Assembly: GCA_963693055.1 (NCBI GenBank)
Contig: OY843751.1
Span: 5,568,001 to 5,632,000, forward strand
Direction of reading: 5' to 3'
DNA length: 64,000 bases
Source of the DNA: a bacterium
Lineage (GTDB): Bacteria > Zhuqueibacterota > Zhuqueibacteria > Residuimicrobiales > Krinioviventaceae
The notes beneath the pieces are model-generated. The model saw nothing but the letters and a program-made list of their open reading frames with translations, searched no databases and had not been told where the DNA came from. A program made the translations under genes and the position numbers. Of the stretch, positions 10,257-18,566 are shown one piece after another. Numbering within the stretch: position 1 is the stretch's first letter; each line of letters begins with the position of its first letter.

Positions 10257-10303
10257 AGAGAAACAACATTGTTTAGTAGCCCGCTCAATTGCGCGGGCTT
10301 CAT

Positions 10304-10573
10304 TTACAGATTGTCTTTTAACCACTTTGAGCATTTATCACTAAATCCTCTCCATGCCGCCTCGCCTGACAACTTTGCAACTAACAATTTATCATTTTGA
10401 TCAACATGCTTCGCTAATTCATTTCGTATTTCTTTAGCAGACATATCGCTTTTAATTATCCAAACCGATTCAAGACATTTCCAATAATTATTATATTTTT
10501 CAATTGATTCATGCAGACTAGAATAATCCTGTCCTGGAGACATTAAGTCATAAGTGATAAGATATGAGTTCAT
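10304..10573 (-). CDS. Small Cas2/VapD-like protein (ferredoxin-like fold inferred)
   Basis: About 89 aa; N-terminal YLITYDL, then LESVWII and DQNDKLLV. Start taken at ATG 10573. Confidence 0.65.
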   Translation of the reverse strand: MNSYLITYDLMSPGQDYSSLHESIEKYNNYWKCLESVWIIKSDMSAKEIRNELAKHVDQNDKLLVAKLSGEAAWRGFSDKCSKWLKDNL

Positions 10574-10610
10574 AAAACACCCCAATACTTTTATTAATTG
10601 GTTTAATAAT

Positions 10611-11168
10611 TTATGAATCTTTTACAAATTTTCCGAGATCAAGTTTTTCAGAGATATTCATATACCAGGCTTTAAATAATTTTTCAAGATCATACATGAA
10701 ACCATCTGTCCAGATGAAAAAAATGAGTTCGTTATAACGAGTATAGAGTTGTGGAATAAGTTCATCGTACAAATAATCAAAAGAATCTTTAAATATCTCT
10801 ATTTTGTCAGATGTTACTGATGTAAACATTGATTTGTAAATAAATGCAATGATTGTATGTGATATATTATTCATTTTATTATCACTAATTTTACGACAAG
10901 CGCTATTTAGATTTTCAACTAACAACCTTAGTTCATTATCTTTTTCATCCACTAATACTAATTTTCGATCGATTATTTCAAGACCTACATCATTTGGTTT
11001 AGGAGCATTAGATAAGTCTTTTTCAAAATTCGATTTTAAATTTACGATCCCTTTTTCTAATTCCTCAAAGACAGGAGTTAGAATCTTTCTTCTCTGGTCA
11101 CGTTTATCGTCTAAGGATTTTAAATAGTACCCCAATATTGCACCAAAAAGAATTTGGATTAACCACAT
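10611..11168 (-). CDS. Hypothetical protein with N-terminal membrane anchor
   Basis: MWLIQILFGAILGYYL hydrophobic helix followed by a charged helical domain; AT-rich (15 of 60 G+C in line 10801). Confidence 0.7.
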   Translation of the reverse strand: MWLIQILFGAILGYYLKSLDDKRDQRRKILTPVFEELEKGIVNLKSNFEKDLSNAPKPNDVGLEIIDRKLVLVDEKDNELRLLVENLNSACRKISDNKMNNISHTIIAFIYKSMFTSVTSDKIEIFKDSFDYLYDELIPQLYTRYNELIFFIWTDGFMYDLEKLFKAWYMNISEKLDLGKFVKDS

Positions 11169-11189
11169 AATCGCCCCAAAATGTTATTA

Positions 11190-11636
11190 CTATATAATAC
11201 CTATTATTCTTAAATACGTTGACCGAATATCAGTAAACAAATCTGAATTGGGATCCACGAACCCTACAGACTCAAAAATTAACTCTTTAAGGATTGGTTG
11301 AGTAATTAAAATATATGCGTATGATTTATCTGGTAAAGAGTCTATCAGGAAAGAGGAATCAATTTCAACAATATAATCTGTATCTCTTCCTCTATGAGAC
11401 AAAGGAATAACAAGGACACTACTCTCAGATAATATATTATTAATCCGGTTTGCTTGTATTACTAAAACATATCTTTGATCATGAAATGTTCGATCGTATC
11501 TTTCTTTTGGTAAGTTGTCCTCAGGAAATTTTACTGTTGGATTTTCAGAATTGTCCCCAACTTTATAAATACCACCTTGTTTAATATCATTCCCTGATAA
11601 ATTTGCTTTTTCAAATGCCGCTTCCAGTATCCCCAT
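11190..11636 (-). CDS. PemK/MazF-like endoribonuclease toxin
   Basis: IKQGGIYKV, QRYVLVIQAN..N, VLVIPLS, SYAY...TQPI.K...VG follow the PemK/MazF pattern. Confidence 0.75.
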   Translation of the reverse strand: MGILEAAFEKANLSGNDIKQGGIYKVGDNSENPTVKFPEDNLPKERYDRTFHDQRYVLVIQANRINNILSESSVLVIPLSHRGRDTDYIVEIDSSFLIDSLPDKSYAYILITQPILKELIFESVGFVDPNSDLFTDIRSTYLRIIGII

Positions 11637-12279
11637 AAATATTGATCACCCTATTTGTCTTATCTAATAATGGTTGAAAGTCATTCATTACTTGATTTGT
11701 AAGAATAGAATCTTCTCTTGTATGTCTATTGCATCTACGCAAACGATCTCGATATGCTCTTCTTTCCTTTGCGAGAGGATCAATATCACGTTCAGTAAAA
11801 AATGGTTTTTTTAAAACCTCCACTCCCTTACAAGATGTTCCCATATTTTCTTCAATTTCAACCAGCCTTATCATTGGAAATGTATCATAGGATGCATTTT
11901 TGACAAAATTAATTCCATCTTCAGCCGAGAGAGTGTTTATTTTTGATTTAAAAAATATTAGTTTTGTTTGGAAAACATCTAATTCAATATCGGTGAAACA
12001 GTATGATCCATTTGAGAAATGCCTCATTCCACGCCCATGCCGAAATCTTTCAATTTGATTATTTGCTTCCATAAAACTTAGATGATCTTTGTAATGATCT
12101 GGCACAGGCCCCATATTTATTCTAACAAATGGAGTTTCAGAAAAGTTTTCACCAAACATTAGTTTGTATTCTAATTCTAAAAAATATAAAACTTTTACAA
12201 GAGCAGTGGTATATATCCCCGGAATTACACCTGTCACCAATTTGACAAGCTCAAAAAAATTTGGATAATTTGATTGCAT
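11611..12279 (-). CDS. Panacea (DUF4065/SocA-like) antitoxin with C-terminal extension
   Basis: T.LVKVLYFLE, G..FS..PF, MGPVP and SY.T.P motifs. Overlaps the toxin start by 26 nt. Start taken at ATG 12279. Confidence 0.8.
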   Translation of the reverse strand: MQSNYPNFFELVKLVTGVIPGIYTTALVKVLYFLELEYKLMFGENFSETPFVRINMGPVPDHYKDHLSFMEANNQIERFRHGRGMRHFSNGSYCFTDIELDVFQTKLIFFKSKINTLSAEDGINFVKNASYDTFPMIRLVEIEENMGTSCKGVEVLKKPFFTERDIDPLAKERRAYRDRLRRCNRHTREDSILTNQVMNDFQPLLDKTNRVINIYGDTGSGI

Positions 12280-12420
12280 TCTTTCTTTTCTTTTGTAAAA
12301 CTTTTTATTCGACCTAACTTCATTAATCAAGATTGAAAAATAATTTTACTCGTCAATCTGATTTGTTATTACAGTTTTGTTGCAATATTGTATCCAAATT
12401 GTAATTTGTTATAAAGTATG

Positions 12421-12453
12421 GATAAAATTATCAATTTATCTTACAAATGTCAA
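12421..12453 (-). promoter_or_regulatory. Sigma70-type promoter for the Panacea islet, overlapped by a palindrome
   Basis: Minus strand TTGACA-17 nt-TAATTT with extended TG; GATAAA-N8-TTTATC at 12421-12440 covers the -10. Confidence 0.55.
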
Positions 12454-12982
12454 GAATTATTAGTTTCAAAGAGTTGGATTTGCGTAAATTGGCTAGCGTT
12501 TGTTGTATTCTTCAACCATATCTGCAAACCTGTTATATTTTTGTAATTAAAAAACACCATTATAATACTACAACACTTTAAATTGGAAACAATTTCCATT
12601 TTAAAGAAATAATTTCTCATTATATAATCTATATAGACAAACAGGTTTATCTTAAAAGATAAACTTGTTCATATTTTATCCCCATATATTACCCTATAAA
12701 TTTGAAACAATTTTCCATTTCAACCAGAACAAAACTGTCAAGGTATGCACCACACAGTAAGCAACACGTAATTCCTTGTTTTTATAGATCTCTCCTGTAC
12801 TCAAATCGGAAACCGAGTTGGTTTATAGATTGGCCCTCACAAGCACAGGCCGGGACCAATTAAATTGAAAATAGAAGGAGAGATAAAAAATACAATGTAT
12901 GAGGTGCGATGGTAATTGCTGTTGCGGTTCTTGTTGCTGCTGTTTCGCATACTGCTAGTATTTCATGAGCGGTTTTTATCCG

Positions 12983-14344
12983 TTATCCGGCATCTATGCC
13001 CAATTGCCCCATTTTTCTATACAACGTCGCTTCGCCTATACCCAGCGCTTTGGCGGTTTTTCCCCGGTGATGATCAAACTTTTCCAACTGGGACGTAATA
13101 AACTGCTTTTCAAATTGCTCCACAGCGGATTTTAGATTATCCGTTTGCGGATTAAAAACCGTTACTTTTTGATTTTCAAACATTCCGGTGGGAATCTCGT
13201 CCAGCACCAGTTCCGCTCCTCTGGCAAAGATCATCAATCTTTCTATAAAATTCTCCAGTTCTCGCACTTCGCCTTCCCAGGTCCTGTGCACAAGCTGCTC
13301 CAGCAATTCTCTGCTCACCCCGGTAACACGTTTATTCATCTGACGGTTGTATTTTTGAATAAAATGATCAACCAGCAAGGGGATATCGTCTTTTCTCTCT
13401 GTAAGAGAAGGAAGATTGATCTCGATAACATTTAACCGATAAAACAAATCCTCCCGAAAGTTGCCCGCCTCCACCTCTTTTATCAATTCCCGGTTGGTTG
13501 CCGCAATAATACGAATATGTACGGACTCGGGCTGTGTTGAACCCACGGGAAGTACCGTTTTGGTTTCAATGGCGCGTAACAATTTGGCTTGCGCGGAAAG
13601 CGACATTTCTCCAATCTCGTCCAGAAACAATGTTCCCCGATGTGCGGCTTTGAACAAACCTTCCTTGTCTGCAACCGCCCCGGTAAAGGAACCCTTTTTG
13701 TGACCAAACAACTCACTTTCCATCAAAGTTTCAGTTACCGCACCGCAATTAACCGCTACAAAGCGTCCGGACCGGTGCCGACTGTTATAATGGATTGCAC
13801 GCGCTACCAGCTCCTTTCCTGTACCGCTTTTCCCGGAGATGAGAACATTACTTTCACTGTCAGACACTTTATTAATGGTACCAAAAATCTTTTTAATGGC
13901 AGCACTTTGTCCAATAATATTATTATAATCGTACTGGGCGTGAATTTCCTGGCGCAACACCTGATTCTCGTACACAAGCTCCTTGTGTTCAATCAGTTTA
14001 CGTACTTTGATGGCAACGTCTTCCAGATTGAGGGGTTTTAACAGATAATCATACGCGCCTTTTCGTAGCGCTTCTATGGCAGTTTCTATGGAAGCATAAG
14101 CAGTAATTAGAATAAAAGACAACCGAGGCCGAATCACCGAAGCTTGTTCCATCAGCTCCATCCCATTCAGCTCGGGCATTTCAAGATCGGTTATAACCAC
14201 GTCAAATTCAAATTCCTTGATTTCTTCAAGCGCAATTCTGCCGTTTTCAGCCTGGCGGCACAAGAATCCCCGGTTCCCCAAAACTGTACACAAACTTTCA
14301 CGGGTGATATAATCATCATCCACAATCAGTACATGGGTAGCCAT
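12983..14344 (-). CDS. Sigma-54-dependent NtrC-family response regulator (REC-AAA+-Fis HTH)
   Basis: VDDD, TDLEMP, GKSGTGKE, ESELFGHKKGSFTGA, FLDEIGE, FREDLFYRLNV, LGIGEATLYRK. Confidence 0.96.
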   Translation of the reverse strand: MATHVLIVDDDYITRESLCTVLGNRGFLCRQAENGRIALEEIKEFEFDVVITDLEMPELNGMELMEQASVIRPRLSFILITAYASIETAIEALRKGAYDYLLKPLNLEDVAIKVRKLIEHKELVYENQVLRQEIHAQYDYNNIIGQSAAIKKIFGTINKVSDSESNVLISGKSGTGKELVARAIHYNSRHRSGRFVAVNCGAVTETLMESELFGHKKGSFTGAVADKEGLFKAAHRGTLFLDEIGEMSLSAQAKLLRAIETKTVLPVGSTQPESVHIRIIAATNRELIKEVEAGNFREDLFYRLNVIEINLPSLTERKDDIPLLVDHFIQKYNRQMNKRVTGVSRELLEQLVHRTWEGEVRELENFIERLMIFARGAELVLDEIPTGMFENQKVTVFNPQTDNLKSAVEQFEKQFITSQLEKFDHHRGKTAKALGIGEATLYRKMGQLGIDAG

Positions 14345-16228
14345 CTATTCCTCCCTGATTGCAATTGGCAAAGATATGGTAAACGTGGTAAATTCACCAA
14401 CCCGGCTGTCAACAGTAATATTGCCTGAAAAACTCGTCATAATATTATAACTCACCCACAAACCTAAACCTGTTCCTTTACCCTTGTCTTTGGTGGAATA
14501 AAAAGGCTCAAAAATATGGGCCTGGTCTTTTTCTTCAATTCCACTGCCATTGTCAGTAACAGATACAAAAACCATTGACTGATCATTCCAGGATTTTATT
14601 AAAAGTGCACCATCCTTTTGATTTTCCATTGCATCTGCGGCATTTAAACAGATATTAATCAAAACCTGCAACAGTTGATCAAAGCTGGCAGTTACCAGCG
14701 GTATCTTGGCCTCAAGCTCGGTTTGTATGGTCTGATGTTTTAAACGCTTGTCATATTTGATTATACGGATAACCTGCTCTATGACATGATTGATATAGAT
14801 ATCTTCAATTTTGTGATGAATGGGACGAGAGAAATCAACCAGTGTTTTTACAGTTCGGGATATGCGGTCAATATTCTGCTGAATCAATGACACCTTTTCC
14901 TTAAACTCAGGATTATCAATCTGAAAATTCAGCAACTGGGTTAATGAGGAAATGGAATTCAAAGGGGAGCCAACTTCATGAGCAATGCCGGCTGCAAGTG
15001 TACCCACAGCAGAAAGTTTTTCAGACTGAATAAGCTGCTGCCGCAGCTGTTCCTGCTGGGTCATATCACGGGCAATTACACTACTGCCAATATAATCATT
15101 GCGCTCATTCAAAATGGCTGTGCGTGTTACTTCAATTACTATCTTTCGTCCGTCACGGGTCAGGCGCTGGGTCCTAAAGTTTTTTAAAAATCCTTTATTC
15201 CTGACAATGGCATTGATCTTTTCAATCTCGTGCTGAGATTTCAAATCATCCGGAACAATCAGGCTGATTGATTTGCCAATAACCTCTTCTTCTTCCCAAC
15301 CATATATATTTTCCGCTGCTCGGTTCCACATCACAATACGGTCATTCTCGTTCAGAATAATCAATGCATCCGCAGCATCATTGAGAATATTTTCAAAATA
15401 CTGTTCGTATCTCTTTAAAGCCAGTTGGCCCTTGCGGTGTTCAGTAATATCATGACACAATACAGACACGCCAATCACATTTCGATATTCATCCCGCAGG
15501 GGTGCTATCTTGTAATTGACAATCAACTCCTTGTCTGCCACGTGTTTATGTTTTACCTCAAACAAAGCAAACTCGCGATTGTCATTCATGGCCTTTTCTA
15601 TGGTGCTGAACACCTTGCGTTCTTTTTGCAATTCAGGAAAAGACTGCACAATATTTTTACCAAGAACCTGTACAGCTTTGATACCAAAAATGCGTTCCAG
15701 GCCATCCGTCCAATGGATGAAATTGAGATGCTTGTCCAGCATGAACAGACCAATGCCGGCAAAATCCAGCGTCAACAATCCAATTTGTGACGCCCGTGTA
15801 TAATCACGCGGCAATTTTTCAATTTTACTTTTGGATTTTGCTTTAAAATGTACACTAATCGTCCGGATCAGTGGATCAAAAATATCATTAATCTGACCAA
15901 ACGTCTCAAGACTGTTCATCTCTTTACCACTGGTATGCGCCATTACAGACAGCATCACATATCGGCTAACCAGCAGTGGATCTACAATTTGTTTAGGAGC
16001 TTCGGAAAGTGAAAGGAAAAAAGCGTTGATAATTTTTTCAACATGTTCCAATACAATTTCAACATCCGGGTCTTTTAAATAGCATTCCAGTAGATTCATT
16101 AAATATTCAACTAGCCGGTGAACGCGATCTTTTTCCCAATTTGGCAGAATAATATATACCCGTTCTTCCCATTGCGAAAGGATCTCTTGCCGGTATTCAT
16201 GCAAAATATGTAATAAATTTTGGTCCAC
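14345..16228 (-). CDS. PAS-PAS sensor histidine kinase, cognate of the NtrC-like regulator
   Basis: IAHEVGSPL H-box, QVLINICLNA, DNGSGI, GTGLGL; two PAS domains; abuts the regulator gene. Confidence 0.95.
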   Translation of the reverse strand: MDQNLLHILHEYRQEILSQWEERVYIILPNWEKDRVHRLVEYLMNLLECYLKDPDVEIVLEHVEKIINAFFLSLSEAPKQIVDPLLVSRYVMLSVMAHTSGKEMNSLETFGQINDIFDPLIRTISVHFKAKSKSKIEKLPRDYTRASQIGLLTLDFAGIGLFMLDKHLNFIHWTDGLERIFGIKAVQVLGKNIVQSFPELQKERKVFSTIEKAMNDNREFALFEVKHKHVADKELIVNYKIAPLRDEYRNVIGVSVLCHDITEHRKGQLALKRYEQYFENILNDAADALIILNENDRIVMWNRAAENIYGWEEEEVIGKSISLIVPDDLKSQHEIEKINAIVRNKGFLKNFRTQRLTRDGRKIVIEVTRTAILNERNDYIGSSVIARDMTQQEQLRQQLIQSEKLSAVGTLAAGIAHEVGSPLNSISSLTQLLNFQIDNPEFKEKVSLIQQNIDRISRTVKTLVDFSRPIHHKIEDIYINHVIEQVIRIIKYDKRLKHQTIQTELEAKIPLVTASFDQLLQVLINICLNAADAMENQKDGALLIKSWNDQSMVFVSVTDNGSGIEEKDQAHIFEPFYSTKDKGKGTGLGLWVSYNIMTSFSGNITVDSRVGEFTTFTISLPIAIREE

Positions 16229-16293
16229 CAGACCTCAACAGCTAAATAATGATCTATATTAATTCATAAGAAAAGTAACCCGGTGAAAAAACT

Positions 16294-16321
16294 ACTGGTC
16301 CGGCATGTTTGCCGGACCAGT
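16294..16321 (-). terminator. Hairpin/terminator after tkt
   Basis: ACTGGTCCGGCA-TGTT-TGCCGGACCAGT, a 12-bp perfect stem with a T-run on the minus strand. Confidence 0.75.
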
Positions 16322-16332
16322 TTAGTATATAA

Positions 16333-18348
16333 TTAACACATCTTTTTAGCAGTTTCTACAACATTTTCTACAGAAAAACCAAAATGCGGCAATACTTCTT
16401 TGTATGGACCACTATCGCCAAAACGATCGATTGAAATGACCTGGCCTTCATCGCCAATCCATTCCTGCCATCCAAATGAAACACCGGCTTCAACAGCAAG
16501 ACGGTTTTTAACATCCGGCAACAGTACAGAATCACGATATTCTTTTGATTGCGCGCGGAATTGTTCCATACAAGGTATACTCACTACGCGGGCATCAATA
16601 TTCGCTTTAGCCAGTTCTTCCTGTGCAGCCATTGCCAAAGACAGCTCTGATCCGGTTCCTATCAAAATGATATCCGGTTTTTCACCTTTTTCTTTAGCAA
16701 CAACATAACCGCCTTTGAGAACGCCTTCTGCAGAAGCATATTTGCTCTGATCAATTACAGGTACTCCCTGACGGGTCATCAACAACAAGGTGGGCCCATC
16801 AGTGCGCTGCATTGCAGCACGCCATGCCCAAGCTACTTCGTTTGCATCACCGGGGCGATACACATGAACATTGGGCATACAACGGAAAGATGACATTTGT
16901 TCTACCGGCTGATGGGTAGGACCATCTTCACCAACACCAATGGAATCGTGAGTGAATACACAGATTACCGGTTGTTTCATAATTGCTGCCAGGCGAATGG
17001 CCGGACGCGCATAGTCAGAGAAAACAAAGAATGTACTGATAAATGGACGTAAACCGCCATGAAGCGCCATACCATTCGCGGCACCTGCCATAACAAATTC
17101 ACGTACACCAAAAGCCACGTTACGGTTTTCATACGCGCCTTTGGCAGTATAACTTGAATTCTTTAAAAATGTATTGGTTGATGGATTCAAATCTGCACTA
17201 CCACCTGCCAGAAACGGCACCTTGTCTGCAATAGCATTTAATACTTTGCCGGAGGTAGAACGGGTTGCAGGAGCGCCATCTTCAGGAGTAAAAGTGGGAA
17301 TCAATGCATCCCAATCGGAAGCAAGTTCGCCTTTGAGCGCAGCTTTAAACTGTGCAGCCAATTCAGGATTTGCTTTTTCATACGCTGCAAAAGTTTCGTT
17401 CCAGCTTTTCTCGGTTTCTTTACCTTTATCAGCAAATTGTGCCATATGTGAATACACATCATCCGGTACCAGAAAATGTTCATCTTCAGGCCAGCCATAT
17501 GCTTTTTTGGTTAATTTAATTTCTTCTTCACCCAGGGGTGCACCATGTGCCGTAGAGGTATCTACGTAATTGGGAGAACCATAGCCAATATGAGTACGAA
17601 CAATAATCAATGACGGTTTGTCAGTAACGGACTGGGCTTCTCTTACAGCTTTTTCAAGGGTATCAACATCATTGGCATTATCACCAACATTAATTACATG
17701 CCAGTTGTATCCTTCAAAACGTTTTGCGGTATTGTCAGAAAATGCAAGATCGGTTTTACCTTCAATGGTAATATGGTTGTCATCATAAATCCAGGTCAAT
17801 TTTCCAAGTCCCAAATGACCGGCAAGAGAAGCAGCTTCGTGAGAAATACCTTCCATCATGTCGCCATCGCCACAGACAGCATAGGTATTATGATCAACAA
17901 TTTTGTGCTCTGCGGTATTATAAACAGATGCCAAATGTGCTTCGGCAATTGCAAAACCTACAGAGTTTGACAGGCCTTGTCCTAACGGACCGGTTGTGGT
18001 CTCAACACCCGGTGTCATACCAAATTCAGGGTGTCCCGGAGTTTTACTTCCCAATCTGCGAAATTTTGTCAATTCTTCCAATGGCAGGTCATAACCGGCA
18101 ATATGCAGAATAGAATAGATCAACATAGAAGCGTGACCGGCTGAAAGTACAAAACGGTCGCGATTAAACCAATCCGGACTTGACGGATTATATCTCATAA
18201 AACGGCTGAACAAGGTATAAACAACCGGTGCAAGCGCCATAGGTGTGCCCGGGTGCCCGGAATTGGCAGCCTGTACACCATCCATAGATAAAGTACGAAT
18301 CGTATTTATACACAACTCTTCTATAGTCATGCCTTCAATATTTTTCAT
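16333..18348 (-). CDS. tkt: Transketolase
   Basis: ANSGHPG, SAGHAS, TTGPLGQG, GDGDMMEG, THDSIGVGEDGPTHQP. Confidence 0.98.
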   Translation of the reverse strand: MKNIEGMTIEELCINTIRTLSMDGVQAANSGHPGTPMALAPVVYTLFSRFMRYNPSSPDWFNRDRFVLSAGHASMLIYSILHIAGYDLPLEELTKFRRLGSKTPGHPEFGMTPGVETTTGPLGQGLSNSVGFAIAEAHLASVYNTAEHKIVDHNTYAVCGDGDMMEGISHEAASLAGHLGLGKLTWIYDDNHITIEGKTDLAFSDNTAKRFEGYNWHVINVGDNANDVDTLEKAVREAQSVTDKPSLIIVRTHIGYGSPNYVDTSTAHGAPLGEEEIKLTKKAYGWPEDEHFLVPDDVYSHMAQFADKGKETEKSWNETFAAYEKANPELAAQFKAALKGELASDWDALIPTFTPEDGAPATRSTSGKVLNAIADKVPFLAGGSADLNPSTNTFLKNSSYTAKGAYENRNVAFGVREFVMAGAANGMALHGGLRPFISTFFVFSDYARPAIRLAAIMKQPVICVFTHDSIGVGEDGPTHQPVEQMSSFRCMPNVHVYRPGDANEVAWAWRAAMQRTDGPTLLLMTRQGVPVIDQSKYASAEGVLKGGYVVAKEKGEKPDIILIGTGSELSLAMAAQEELAKANIDARVVSIPCMEQFRAQSKEYRDSVLLPDVKNRLAVEAGVSFGWQEWIGDEGQVISIDRFGDSGPYKEVLPHFGFSVENVVETAKKMC

Positions 18349-18566
18349 TTTACCCTCACTGTTTCGTTATATATAATAATTTTTCCAATTTTGTCAATAT
18401 AAAATATAATAATTTTTTTCAAGATTTAAAAGTGTAAAAAACAGACAGAAACTTTTATGAAATAAAAAATTAATGAGCAACGTTTGTGTTAATTCAAGAT
18501 AATTCTTTTATTTCACTTTAATTTTTTATAAATTTGAGACTTGTAAATAACCGAAATGAGGATACT

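Noticed and set aside
10038-10299. Hairpin cluster next to a Cas2-like gene read as a CRISPR array
   Set aside because: No identical direct repeats with regular spacers; the stems differ in sequence and two units are inverted; no cas1.
10304-12330. AT-rich tandem genes read as integron cassettes
   Set aside because: The gaps are 37 nt or less (one overlap), with no attC-like RYYYAAC...GTTRRRY folds between genes and no integron integrase.
12730-12870. Possible structured ncRNA or riboswitch, and a sigma-54 promoter (minus-strand TGGTGCATACCTTGA)
   Set aside because: Only short stems, with no recognisable family consensus; the sigma-54 candidate lacks the conserved GC at -12.
12909-12968. 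Val/Ala-rich 19-aa micro-ORF MVIAVAVLVAAVSHTASIS as an attenuator leader
   Set aside because: The RBS spacing is too short and it points into a convergent gene end, with no biosynthetic operon downstream.
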